Shown here piece after piece: positions 53,538 to 62,861 of a stretch of DNA of 64,000 bases. The notes beneath the pieces were generated by a model that was given only the letters and a program-made list of their open reading frames with translations, was not told the origin of the DNA and ran no database searches. Location: contig CAVUWV010000020.1 of NCBI GenBank assembly GCA_963745075.1, forward strand, positions 96,001 to 160,000, read 5' to 3'. Position numbers and translations under genes: made by a program. Origin of the DNA: Candidatus Hydrogenedentota bacterium (GTDB taxonomy: Bacteria > Hydrogenedentota > Hydrogenedentia > Hydrogenedentales > SLHB01). Each line of letters opens with the position of its first letter. The stretch's first letter is position 1.

Positions 53538-53978
53538 TCATGGAAGCCTCCCGAGCAACTCGACCAGCCTCCCGCCCATCAGCCTCCAACCGTAGCGCGC
53601 GCCGCCAAACGCCCGCTTTTGGTCCGGCTTAAAGCCCGACTGCACGAGAGACAAGCGCGTGCCCGTCGCCGTCGGCGTGAGCGTGAACGTCACGACGGTG
53701 TCAATCTCCATATCGCCGACAACCCACGTGTAGCGCAGCTTCCGCTTCGGTTCGATTTCGAGCAACCGGCACCTTACCCTGCCGTCCCACTCCGGCTGCG
53801 GCGGCGCCTGGAACGTGAACGCCGCATCCGGTTCGAGCTTCAGATCGACGACCGGCAGCAGCCACTCCGCCAGCAATTCCGGGTCCGTCAACGCCCGCCA
53901 CACCTTCTCCAGCGAATGATGCAATTCGAACTCGAACGAAATAGTATCGCTTTGCCCTTTTGCCGTCTTGTCCGTCAT
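53538..53978 (-). CDS. SRPBCC/AHSA1-like domain protein
   Basis: VWRALTDPELLAEW, L.YTW, GTRL.L.QSGF, GW. Confidence 0.88.
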   Translation of the reverse strand: MTDKTAKGQSDTISFEFELHHSLEKVWRALTDPELLAEWLLPVVDLKLEPDAAFTFQAPPQPEWDGRVRCRLLEIEPKRKLRYTWVVGDMEIDTVVTFTLTPTATGTRLSLVQSGFKPDQKRAFGGARYGWRLMGGRLVELLGRLP

Positions 53979-54141
53979 TCGTCCATCTTCTCCAACCGTT
54001 GAGCGGGACTGACGCCGTCTTTCGCGTAGGCTTTGCGAAGCGAAACACGGTGTCTGTCCCTCTCCCGGGCGACCTTATGCCTGCCACGCCAAAACCAGCG
54101 TTGTAGGGTTAACGTCATTCGTCCATCGTCTCCAACAGTTG
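53974..54141. repeat. 28-bp direct repeat flanking a REP-like palindromic insert
   Basis: GTCATTCGTCCATCTTCTCCAACCGTTG (53974) vs GTCATTCGTCCATCGTCTCCAACAGTTG (54114); the insert resembles 54728-54790. Confidence 0.75.
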
Positions 54142-54444
54142 TTCGAGGCGATCGACCCGCTCCGTCCAGAATGCGCGATAGTGCGCGATCCAATCGACGA
54201 GCGGCTTCAACCCGCGCGGCTCGATCCGGTAATAAACGCAACGCCCCTCGCGCCGGCCATTCACCAGCCCGGCCTCCTTCAACGCCGCGAGATGCTGCGA
54301 CACCGCCGGCTGCGAGATGTCGAACCGCGCCGTGAGATCCTTCACCGCCGTCTCGCCAAGCGTCAACGACTCGAAAATCGCCCGCCGGCTCGGGTCCGCC
54401 AGCGCCTGAAAGATCTTGTCCTCGACCAAAGCTGCACCTTGCAT
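54115..54444 (-). CDS. ArsR/SmtB family transcriptional regulator
   Basis: FQALADPSRRAI, SQPAVSQHL..LKEAGLV..RREGR..YY. Confidence 0.92.
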   Translation of the reverse strand: MQGAALVEDKIFQALADPSRRAIFESLTLGETAVKDLTARFDISQPAVSQHLAALKEAGLVNGRREGRCVYYRIEPRGLKPLVDWIAHYRAFWTERVDRLEQLLETMDE

Positions 54445-54450
54445 GGTTAA

Positions 54451-54479
54451 AGCATAAGCGATCACTTATGAATTGTCAA
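54451..54479 (-). promoter_or_regulatory. sigma-70 promoter with overlapping palindromic operator (leaderless arsR)
   Basis: TTGACA-17-TATGCT, 6 nt before the ATG; palindrome CATAAG-CGATCA-CTTATG at 54453-54470. Confidence 0.75.
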
Positions 54480-54727
54480 GCACCCGGAACGGGCCACTCA
54501 CGGGGTTAGCGGGCGCGCGGCACAACTGCGGGTACGGTCGATTTTCCTCGAATTGTCGCGATTCTTTTTGTACGTGAACACCCACAATGGCAGGATCAAC
54601 TGGATAGCCACGAGGACCGGCCTGCATTCACACCGGAGGTGTGACGCAACCCTAGCCAGGGGTGAAGCCCCTGGTAACCGGGTTCCCCAATGATCGAGCG
54701 CTGAAAGTGCGACGCAATTTCCACTGG

Positions 54728-54790
54728 CGGGACTGACCCCGTCTTTTGCGGAGTCTTCGGAGCAAAACACGGGGTCTGTCCCTGTCCCCA
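54728..54790. repeat. GGGACTGAC...GTCTGTCCC REP-like palindrome
   Basis: GCGGGACTGACCCCGTCTTTTGC...GCAAAACACGGGGTCTGTCCC; related copy at 54003-54062. Confidence 0.6.
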
Positions 54791-54792
54791 CC

Positions 54793-55497
54793 AACCGGAT
54801 TGACGAAGCTTTGGCAGCTTTCGACACCGCCCTCCGCATCGGCGAAGGCGGGAAGGAAACGCTGAACAACCTCGGCAGCGTTTGCGCAGAATACGGACAG
54901 TTGGCGGCGGCGGAGCGGTATTACATGCAAGCCCTGGAGAATGACCCCGTCTACGGCACGTCGCTACGCAACCTGGGCAAGGTCTACCTCCAGACGGGAC
55001 GTTACCGGGAGGCATTACCCCTCTTTGAGCGGCTGCTGAAGAAAGACCCCCTGGAACCGGAAGCGAACTGGCTGGCCTTTACCTGCCTGAAAGGGCAGGG
55101 CCGCATCGATGAGGCCATCGCCCAACTGGAGCGGATGGATACGTTCCCCGGCGACTACCGTGGAGCGAAGTCGCCTGTGTCGCCAGGTTTCACGCTATCA
55201 GGAGTGATACCGAGAGACAAAGCCCGCATCTACCGCGAACTCGGGATGATCTACCTCAACGAGAAACGGCAACCCGCCGTGGCTCAGCGGTTCTTCATGA
55301 GGAGTCTATCTATTGACTCCGAACAACCGGAATTACAGAAGGTCATCGCCCAATTGCAGTCCGGTGTTGGCCAGGACGCGGCCTCGAATGCTCCGCTCAT
55401 GCCGGAAGATTTGATGCCAGGTCTGCCGGGAATGCCGCCTTCCGTGCCTACGCCGCAGGTACCCCGGCCTGGTGTTGGAGTACCGGGCGTGCCTTGA
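54793..55497 (+). pseudogene. 5'-truncated TPR-repeat protein fragment
   Basis: NRIDEALAAF..LNNLG..LRNLGKVY..GRYREA..; begins abruptly after the REP with no RBS or convincing start. Confidence 0.6.
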
Positions 55498-55507
55498 GCA
55501 GCACACG

Positions 55508-55760
55508 TTACTGCACAAGGTGGCTTCGCGGGTGGCAGCACCCGTCGTATTCGTAATCCCAGAACGACTCGTCTTCATAGGTTGTCGTCGTGATGTTCCC
55601 CACGTCGTCCAGGGCATCGGTAAACCCGTCCAGCACGTTTGCTCCGTCCTTATGCTCAATGGCGGTCAACCGATTGCGCGAGTCGTAGCTGTAATTCGTC
55701 GTCATCCCGTTGGGATGACTGTACCGGCCGGAAGGCCGAAGGTGTTGTAGTCAAAATCCC
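55508..55760 (-). pseudogene. RHS/YD-repeat gene fragment
   Basis: DFDYNTFG...PNGMTTNYSYDSRNRLTAIEHKDGANVLDGF..D.VGNIT..WDYEYD. Confidence 0.7.
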
Positions 55761-55793
55761 ACACAACTTACAAATTAAAATCATCTGGACAGA

Positions 55794-56279
55794 TCAATTC
55801 TGATTCGGCGGACCGTCCAACGATCCACCTAATTCACGATATTTCTTGGTGTACACATTCGTTTCCCCCGCAAGTACAGCGATTTGCCTCAAGATTTGCG
55901 GATCAAAGGCCGAGAAAAAACCCATCCTTATGCACGTTCCGTCACGAAATGACAAATTCCGCGTTAGGAAATTGACCTTGACAAGTTCAGACCAAAATCC
56001 AAACTGTTCCTTGCCAGACGGCATCTTCTTTCGTATCCCCTCATTTGTGATTATGAATTCTCCTCGAAACCACTCTTCCCGATACCCCAACCAAATCTGA
56101 ATCGCTAAAGCGAGAAAAGCAGCGCCAGATACAACGAGGATGCCAGCGTCGCATTTCCTACCCAAGAGTCTCGGCGCTGGATCAAAAGCGAGGGCGGTCA
56201 CCACCAAGTACCATCCCACTGTGGCTACAAAAATCACGATATACAGTATCGTTGCCAGCCACCAGAACAGCCTATCCAT
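55794..56279 (-). CDS. AT-richer orphan membrane protein
   Basis: MDRLFWWLATILYIVIF.. two TM segments then a soluble domain; visibly lower GC; frame is open back to ATG 56339 inside the repeat. Confidence 0.6.
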   Translation of the reverse strand: MDRLFWWLATILYIVIFVATVGWYLVVTALAFDPAPRLLGRKCDAGILVVSGAAFLALAIQIWLGYREEWFRGEFIITNEGIRKKMPSGKEQFGFWSELVKVNFLTRNLSFRDGTCIRMGFFSAFDPQILRQIAVLAGETNVYTKKYRELGGSLDGPPNQN

Positions 56280-56317
56280 AAAAGGGCACCGGACCCTAAC
56301 GGAATTTGCATCCACGT

Positions 56318-56924
56318 AATAAATGGGGACAGTAACCATTTATTGCAGTCCCCTCCTTGACGCTCGATGCCGGGTGCGTGAATTCCGATGGGCCCGTGCA
56401 TCCGTGATCCTTTTGCAATACTACTACTGGCGCCCGAAATGCGCAATCGGTTTCGCGCACGGTCTCGTTTACCGTCGCTTGCGCGGGAACGTTTCTTTGC
56501 TGCCGTGGGGGCGCCCGCACGGGATGGCGCGGACACGGCGGCCGAGGTAGGTTTCTACCTTGCTGAGAAGCGAATCGCCGCCGAGGGGACGGCCCGTACG
56601 CGTGTGCAGGCGAAGGAGGTCCGCCTCGGGGCCGGAATCGGCGAGGGCTGTGAGCGTGCCCTTCCAGTTCGAGGCGGGCGTCGCCTCGAACCACCCGCCC
56701 AGGTCCAGCTGCAATAAATGGTTACTGTCCCCAATTATTGCCTTGCTGAGAAGCGAATCGCCGCCGAGGGGACGGCCCGTACGCGTGTGCAGGCGAAGGA
56801 GGTCCGCCTCGGGGCCGGAATCGGCGAAGGCTGTGAGCGTGTCCTTCCAGTTCGAGGCGGGCGTCGCCTCGAACCACCCGCCCAGGTCCAGCTGCAATAA
56901 ATGGTTACTGTCCCCAATTATTGC
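56318..56924 (-). mobile_element. internally deleted RAYT-like element derivative with a 183-bp tandem duplication
   Basis: Left terminus 56318-56345, transposase 3' fragment (LLRLHTRTGRPLG..SKVETYLGRR), right termini at 56712 and 56895; units 56559-56741 and 56742-56924. Confidence 0.8.
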
Positions 56925-56997
56925 AACCCGTCCAACACGTTCGCGCCGTCCTCTTGCTCGATGGCGGCACTTTTTGATGGCCGTGTTGATGGGGTTG

Positions 56998-57429
56998 TTA
57001 TGCATGATTGTACTCCGCCAAGAGTTCGTGCTCGCGACTCGTTTCCGATATATGCAAGATCAATGTCCCTCGAAGTTCCACTACCGGGTGAGATGCGTTG
57101 TTCTTTGCGAAGCAGAATACCTCCTTTAAGGCCTCGTTCTTGTGCCACGTTGTCAGTACAAAGTTTGCTTCCGGGACATTTTCAAAATTGAATTCTTCGA
57201 GGTTTGCCACATCAACCGCGTCATCCCATGAGGAGCAGTCATAACCCCAAGCCATCATGTACAGACATCCAGATTGCACTAGCCAAGTGCTCACTTGGGA
57301 CTGCCATTCCAAACTCACGGGCTCTTCGATGACCATAATTGCCCGAAACGGGCTAACACCCGAAATTTCAGGAAGACTCGACTCCGGCCTAAGCTGGAGA
57401 TATGTCAGTGTCCTCTCGCTAGATGTCAT
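56998..57429 (-). CDS. AT-richer hypothetical protein (143 aa)
   Basis: Protein-like ORF with GCLYMMAWG..CS.WDD.VD and TTWH; lower GC than flanks. Confidence 0.7.
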   Translation of the reverse strand: MTSSERTLTYLQLRPESSLPEISGVSPFRAIMVIEEPVSLEWQSQVSTWLVQSGCLYMMAWGYDCSSWDDAVDVANLEEFNFENVPEANFVLTTWHKNEALKEVFCFAKNNASHPVVELRGTLILHISETSREHELLAEYNHA

Positions 57430-57615
57430 AACAGGGCCTGACTGCCAGGTAAATTTCGGATTTGCTCAATTCACTCAACAATGTTGATACAAGGCAAATA
57501 AGATAAAATAATTCTGTTCTACTCGCAAACATAAAGAGCTAGGACCTTCTTGATCAAGGTTACGAACCATGCTTCTGCAAACATGCCCGAAGTTGTTTTT
57601 CAAAGTTCTTTAAAG

Positions 57616-58528
57616 AATAAATGGGGACAGTAACCATTTATTGGGGCCCCTTCCTTGCTACTTGATGCCGGTCGGGTAAATCCGATGCACCCGCGCACCC
57701 GTGATCCTTTTATAATACTACCACTCGCGCCCAGAATGCGCAATGTATTTCGCGTGATGGAATGTTCACCGCCGTTTGCGGCGGACTCGGTCCTTGCTAC
57801 CGTGGGGGCGGCCGCGGGGAATGGCGCGCACCCTTCGGCCAAGGTAGGTCTCCACCTTACTGAGAAAGGAGTCGCTGCCGAGGGGACGGCCGGTGCGGGT
57901 GTGCAGGCGAAGGAGGTCCACTTCGGGGCCGGAATCCGCAATGGCGACAAGCGTGGCCTTCCAGTGGGAGGCGGGCATTGCGTCGAACCACGCGTTCAGA
58001 TCCAGCAAGCGAGCCGGGTCCCGCCCTTCCCCGCAGTGGGCGCGCGCGCTGGACCACGCATAGTCCCATGCCGAAGCGGCCATTCCCGCGCGCACGGGAT
58101 TGAGTTCTACATACGCCTTCGCGTTGTGCGCGTAATCCTCATCCATGGGGCACGAGTAAAACCGGCTTTGCCAGAGATGGCCCAAGCGCCCGTGGAGGCG
58201 ATGAATATACTGGGCGTACATGAGGTGGGTGCGCCCCATGGTATTCGCCAGCGATTCCTCCCCCTCCGGCGTGGCGACAAGGTGGACGTGATTCGTCATG
58301 AGGCAGTATGCCGACACCGCCAGGCCATGGCGTTGCGCACTCTCCCGCAGAAAAGACAGGTAGACGCGCCGGTCATCATCCGTGAAAAACACGTCCTGCC
58401 GGTAGTTGCCCCGCTGCGTGACGTGATGCGCCACTCCGGGGAGAACGATTCGCGCCTGCCGTGCCATGGGGGAGACGATAGCACCGGCTGCGTGCGGATG
58501 CAATAAATGGTTACTGTCCCTATTTATT
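57616..58528 (-). mobile_element. REP-flanked RAYT-like (Y1/HUH) element
   Basis: Inverted 28-bp hairpin termini AATAAATGGGGACAGTAACCATTTATTG (57616) and CAATAAATGGTTACTGTCCCTATTTATT (58501) around the transposase. Confidence 0.8.
57766..58467 (-). CDS. REP-associated tyrosine transposase (IS200-like Y1)
   Basis: HHVTQRGN, YCLMTNHVHL (HUH), GHLWQSRF, YVELNPVRAG, WSS. Confidence 0.9.
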   Translation of the reverse strand: MARQARIVLPGVAHHVTQRGNYRQDVFFTDDDRRVYLSFLRESAQRHGLAVSAYCLMTNHVHLVATPEGEESLANTMGRTHLMYAQYIHRLHGRLGHLWQSRFYSCPMDEDYAHNAKAYVELNPVRAGMAASAWDYAWSSARAHCGEGRDPARLLDLNAWFDAMPASHWKATLVAIADSGPEVDLLRLHTRTGRPLGSDSFLSKVETYLGRRVRAIPRGRPHGSKDRVRRKRR

Positions 58529-58564
58529 TCCAGCCTCCGGACTGGGAAGCCCGTTTGTGTTCCC

Positions 58565-58610
58565 CAAAATAAAAGCCGCGCGGCGAGGGTCAACCCTGCC
58601 GCACGGCTTG
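58565..58610 (-). terminator. intrinsic terminator downstream of hppA
   Basis: Minus strand AAGCCGTGCGGC...GCCGCGCGGCTT followed by TTATTTT. Confidence 0.65.
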
Positions 58611-58632
58611 CGCTATCCGTATCGTGCGTGTT

Positions 58633-60693
58633 CTACGCGAAGAGCGGTGCGAGCACCAGTGAAATTACGCACATCAATTTGATGAGGATGTTGATGGACG
58701 GACCAACCGTATCTTTCAAGGGATCGCCGACGGTGTCGCCGACTACGGCAGCCTTGTGGGCCTCGGAGTTTTTGCCGCCGAAATGGCCTTCCTCGATGTA
58801 CTTCTTGGCGTTGTCCATGGCGCCGCCGCTGTTGGCGGTCTGGATGCCCAGCATAACGCCGGTGCAAATCGCGCCGACCAGCATGCCGGCAAGGCCATCC
58901 GCGCCCATGGTAAAGCCGATAATAACGGGGAACACAATGGCCATTCCGCCGGGCAACAACATACCGTTAATAGCGCCTTGGGTGGCGATGTCGACGCAGG
59001 TGGTACTGTCGGGGATGACCCCTTCCTTGCCTTCCTTGAGGCCGGGAATCTCACGGAACTGGCGGCGCACTTCCATGATCATCGTATCGGCACACTTGCC
59101 CACCGCGCGGAACAGCATGGACGAGAACCAGAACGGCATCATGCCGCCAATGAGGATTCCCGCGAGGACATGGGGTTTTGAAAGGGATACCGCGCCTTCG
59201 GTCAGGCCGGCTGCCAACATAAACGCGCTCAGCAGACCGATAGCTGCGAAGGCCGCGCTGCCGATGGCGAAGCCCTTACCGATGGCGGCCGTGGTGTTTC
59301 CGACCGCGTCGAGGTTGTCCGTAATCTTGCGAACCTTCGGATCGAGGTGGCTCATTTCGGCGATACCGCCTGCGTTGTCCGCAATGGGGCCGTAAGAGTC
59401 TACGGCCACCACCATTCCCGTCGTGGCGAGCATGCCGAGGGCCGCGATGGCGACCCCGTACACGCCGCAGAAGTGGTAGGCCAGAATTACGGCTATCGCC
59501 AGCAGGATGATGGGCACTGCGGTGCTTTGCATGCCGACCGCGGTACCGTCGGTCACGGCGATGGCGGGTCCGGTCTGACAGCGTTCGGCCAGTTTCTTCA
59601 CGGGATTGTATTTCGCGGAGGTGAAGTATTCACTGATAAATCCAATCCCCGCGCCGCAGCCGATGCCGAGAATGCACGCGATGAAGGGGCCCCACTTGCC
59701 GTAGGTGACGCCATCCAGCGCAAAGGGCGCACCGTAGAAGTGAACATAAATGGCAGTTCCGGCCACGCTCAGGATCGCGCTGAGGTAGGTGCCGTTCATC
59801 AGCGCGCTCTGAGGGTTGTTCTTGGCGAACGTCTTCACATACAAGACACCGATAATCGATGCGAGGATACCAATCGCCGCCACGGCAAAGGGAAATGCCC
59901 GGACAAATTCGGGCGTCGTGTCCGGATTAGCCAGCATCATGGTGCCGGCAATGGCAAGGCTCGCAATGATGGATTCCACATAGGACTCGAGCAAGTCCGC
60001 CCCGAGACCGGCTACGTCACCGACGTTGTCACCGACGTTATCGGCGATTACGGCGGGGTTACGGGGGTCGTCTTCGGGAATTCCGGCTTCGACTTTACCC
60101 ACGAGGTCGGCGCCCATATCCGCGCCCTTCGTGAAAATGCCGCCGCCGGAGCGGGCGAACAGCGCCACCAACGAAGCGCCCATGGCGTAGCCGTTCACAA
60201 TGACCGGATCTCCGTTGAAGATGAAATACACGATGACCAGGCCCAGCAGCGCTATGCCGACCACGCCCATGCCCATGACCGCGCCGCCGCTGACGGCCAC
60301 GTCAAGCGCACCCTTCACGCCGCCGGATTCGGCTGCGGCCGCGGTACGCGCGTTCGACCGCGTGGCAATGGTCATGCCGAGGAAACCGGCGCAAGTGCTG
60401 GCGATGGCACCCGCCATGAACGCCACCGCCGTCTTCCAACTCAGGCCGAGCGATTGATCGAACACGCCCACGCCCGCCAGGAAAATTGCAATCACGATGA
60501 CGAAAGAGAATACGTACCGGTATTCGCGGTACAAGAACGCCTTGGCGCCTTGCTGGACCAGGCCCGAGATCTTGGCCATGGTCTCGGTGCCCTGCGGCTT
60601 CGAGAGCACGTACTTGGCGAGATAGGCCACAAATGCGAGTGCGGCGAGGCTTGCCACAGCCGATGCGTCTAAGAATCCAAAACTCGTACTCAT
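58633..60693 (-). CDS. hppA: membrane-bound pyrophosphatase, K+-dependent, probably Na+-translocating
   Basis: GGGIFTKGADMGADLVGKVE, EDDPRN, DNVGDNVGD, GNTTAA (Ala variant indicates K+ dependence), GDTVGDPLKD. Confidence 0.93.
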   Translation of the reverse strand: MSTSFGFLDASAVASLAALAFVAYLAKYVLSKPQGTETMAKISGLVQQGAKAFLYREYRYVFSFVIVIAIFLAGVGVFDQSLGLSWKTAVAFMAGAIASTCAGFLGMTIATRSNARTAAAAESGGVKGALDVAVSGGAVMGMGVVGIALLGLVIVYFIFNGDPVIVNGYAMGASLVALFARSGGGIFTKGADMGADLVGKVEAGIPEDDPRNPAVIADNVGDNVGDVAGLGADLLESYVESIIASLAIAGTMMLANPDTTPEFVRAFPFAVAAIGILASIIGVLYVKTFAKNNPQSALMNGTYLSAILSVAGTAIYVHFYGAPFALDGVTYGKWGPFIACILGIGCGAGIGFISEYFTSAKYNPVKKLAERCQTGPAIAVTDGTAVGMQSTAVPIILLAIAVILAYHFCGVYGVAIAALGMLATTGMVVAVDSYGPIADNAGGIAEMSHLDPKVRKITDNLDAVGNTTAAIGKGFAIGSAAFAAIGLLSAFMLAAGLTEGAVSLSKPHVLAGILIGGMMPFWFSSMLFRAVGKCADTMIMEVRRQFREIPGLKEGKEGVIPDSTTCVDIATQGAINGMLLPGGMAIVFPVIIGFTMGADGLAGMLVGAICTGVMLGIQTANSGGAMDNAKKYIEEGHFGGKNSEAHKAAVVGDTVGDPLKDTVGPSINILIKLMCVISLVLAPLFA

Positions 60694-60744
60694 AGCGGAA
60701 ATAACCCCCTGTCGCAGCAGTCGAGCCGGGTCGACTACTGACCG

Positions 60745-61470
60745 TTAAGTCGCTTGGCCGGACTGCCACCGTTTGTTTTCGATGGCCACCCGAGCGGCGT
60801 TCTGTTCTGCTTCCTTTTTGCTGAGCCCGGTACCACGGCCCGCGGGTTCGCTGCGGAGGTAGACTTCGACCTCGAACTCCTTCTTATGGTCGGGCCCTTC
60901 GGACCGGACCACTTCGAATCGGGGGAGCGGAATTCGTTCGGCCTGACATAGATGTTGGAGTCTCGACTTGAAATCCCAGCCGACCTCCGCCTTGGTAGCG
61001 TGTTCAAATTCTTTCTGAAACGTGCGCACCACAAATCCATGCGCCGCTTCCCAGCCTCGGTCGAGATAGACGGCGCCTATCATCGCCTCCAGGCAATCTG
61101 CCAACAATGCCGTCCGTTGACGGCCACCCGCCGACTCTTCGCCTTTGCCGAGTCGTATGGCGGGCGCAATCTCCAAGTCGCGGCCAATCCGGGCGAGGCA
61201 ACGGCGATTCACCAAGCTCGCCCGCATCCGGCTGTACTCCCCGGGAGTGCAGTCCGGCTTGTGCTCGAACAGATAATGCGCCACCGCCAACCCGAGCACT
61301 GCGTCGCCCAGGAACTCCAGCGACTCGTAATCGTAGCCGGGGCCTTCTTGTTCGGCGGTAATCGAGGCGTGAGTCAGCGCCCGGTCCAACAATTCCGCGT
61401 TGTGCACGATGAACCCCAGCCGGTCCATCAAGGTCCGAAGCTGGGCGGCTCGTTCCCCGCTAACCATCAT
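60745..61470 (-). CDS. rnc: ribonuclease III
   Basis: ALTHAS, ESLEFLGDAVL, ADCLEA.IGAVYLD, dsRBD (GPDH..F..SKKEAEQ.AA). Confidence 0.95.
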   Translation of the reverse strand: MMVSGERAAQLRTLMDRLGFIVHNAELLDRALTHASITAEQEGPGYDYESLEFLGDAVLGLAVAHYLFEHKPDCTPGEYSRMRASLVNRRCLARIGRDLEIAPAIRLGKGEESAGGRQRTALLADCLEAMIGAVYLDRGWEAAHGFVVRTFQKEFEHATKAEVGWDFKSRLQHLCQAERIPLPRFEVVRSEGPDHKKEFEVEVYLRSEPAGRGTGLSKKEAEQNAARVAIENKRWQSGQAT

Positions 61471-62692
61471 ACCTTTTGAGGATAAGCGACGCATTATGGC
61501 CGCCAAATCCTAACGAGTTTGACATTGCGATTGCAACTTTTCCCTCGCGCGCTTCGTTGGCAATCAGGTTCACGGGACACTCGGGATCGGGGGTGTCGTA
61601 ATTGATCGATGGCGGCAGTACACCGTCTCGAATCGCCAGCATGCAGATGATGGCCTCGAGCGACCCCGCGGCGCCGAGCAAATGGCCCGTCATGGATTTC
61701 GTCGAGCTGACCGGGGGCATGCCTTCGCCGAATACGTTGACCAACGCGAGGGATTCGGCGGAATCGTTGTGCTTGGTGCTCGTTCCGTGGGCGTTAAAAT
61801 AGTCGACCTGAGACGCCTCGATTTGCGCGTCGGTCAAGGCGGCCCGCATGGCGCCCATCGCCCCGGACCCGTCGGGCAGGGGCGCCGTGATGTGGTAGGC
61901 GTCGCAGGTTTCCCCGACGCCGGCGACCACGCCCAGGATGGCCGCGCCGCGCGCTTTCGCGTGTTGTTCGGATTCGAGCACGACGATACCGGCCCCGTCG
62001 CCCATCACGAACCCGTCGCGATCGAGGTCGAAGGGACGGCTCGCGCGCTGTGGCTCGTCGTTGCGGCGGGACATGGCCTTCATGGCGCAAAAGCCCGCCA
62101 TGCCGAAGGGCGTAATCGAGGCTTCGGTGCCGCCGGCCACCATGGCGTCGGCCAACCCGAGACGAATCATGTGGACGGCTTCGCTCATGCTTTGGGCGGA
62201 AGAGGCGCAGGCGGTAACGACCGACTTGTTCGGTCCGCGAAGGCCAAGCCGGATGGCAACCTCGCCGGCAGCAATGTTGGACAACAGTTTCGGGATCGTA
62301 AGCGGGGAGAGTTTCCGGTAACCGCCGCCCAAGAAGGCTTCGTGGCCTTCTTCGAGCGTGGCGATCCCGCCGATGCCGCTGCCAACGACGGTACCGCAGC
62401 GTTCGGGATTCTCACGGTTCAAATCGACGCCGGATTGCGCCCACGCCTGATCGGCCGCCGTGAGCGCGTACAACGTGTAGAGGTCTCGGCGGCGAAGGTC
62501 TTTCGCGGACATATCCGCGGGGACCCCGTCGGGCGACTGCCCGGCAATTTGTGTGGGCAATTCCGAGGGATCGAAGCGGTCGACTCGCCGGATCCCGGAC
62601 TGGCCCGCGCATACGGCTTTCCACATGGTTTCAACGTCGTTGCCCAAGGGCGACACGACGCCCATACCGGTTACTACAACCTTTGTTCGCAT
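61460..62692 (-). CDS. fabF: 3-oxoacyl-ACP synthase II
   Basis: VVVTGMG, TACAS, NAHGTST, KSMTGHLLGAAG, SNSLGFGGHN. Confidence 0.95.
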   Translation of the reverse strand: MRTKVVVTGMGVVSPLGNDVETMWKAVCAGQSGIRRVDRFDPSELPTQIAGQSPDGVPADMSAKDLRRRDLYTLYALTAADQAWAQSGVDLNRENPERCGTVVGSGIGGIATLEEGHEAFLGGGYRKLSPLTIPKLLSNIAAGEVAIRLGLRGPNKSVVTACASSAQSMSEAVHMIRLGLADAMVAGGTEASITPFGMAGFCAMKAMSRRNDEPQRASRPFDLDRDGFVMGDGAGIVVLESEQHAKARGAAILGVVAGVGETCDAYHITAPLPDGSGAMGAMRAALTDAQIEASQVDYFNAHGTSTKHNDSAESLALVNVFGEGMPPVSSTKSMTGHLLGAAGSLEAIICMLAIRDGVLPPSINYDTPDPECPVNLIANEAREGKVAIAMSNSLGFGGHNASLILKRYDG

Positions 62693-62861
62693 AGTAGCCC
62701 TTATCCGACTTCCTCAAGCACGCACCGTCAGGTCGGTTGAATCCAGCGTGTGAGAAACCCCGGTTAAACGTTGAACACCCAGCCCGCGCGATTGTGCCAC
62801 GGACTGGGTGTAGCAAGCAATGTTTCTATACGAAGCGCTCGATAGAGCGCGAGACGCTAAG

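Noticed and set aside
55160..55227. Possible ~22-codon in-frame insertion in the TPR fragment
   Set aside because: It interrupts the TPR pattern, but cannot be confirmed without a homolog alignment.
56318..58528. ~28-bp repeats as a CRISPR array
   Set aside because: Copies occur in both orientations with irregular spacing (183 to ~890 bp), the intervening DNA is transposase sequence, and no cas genes are in the window.
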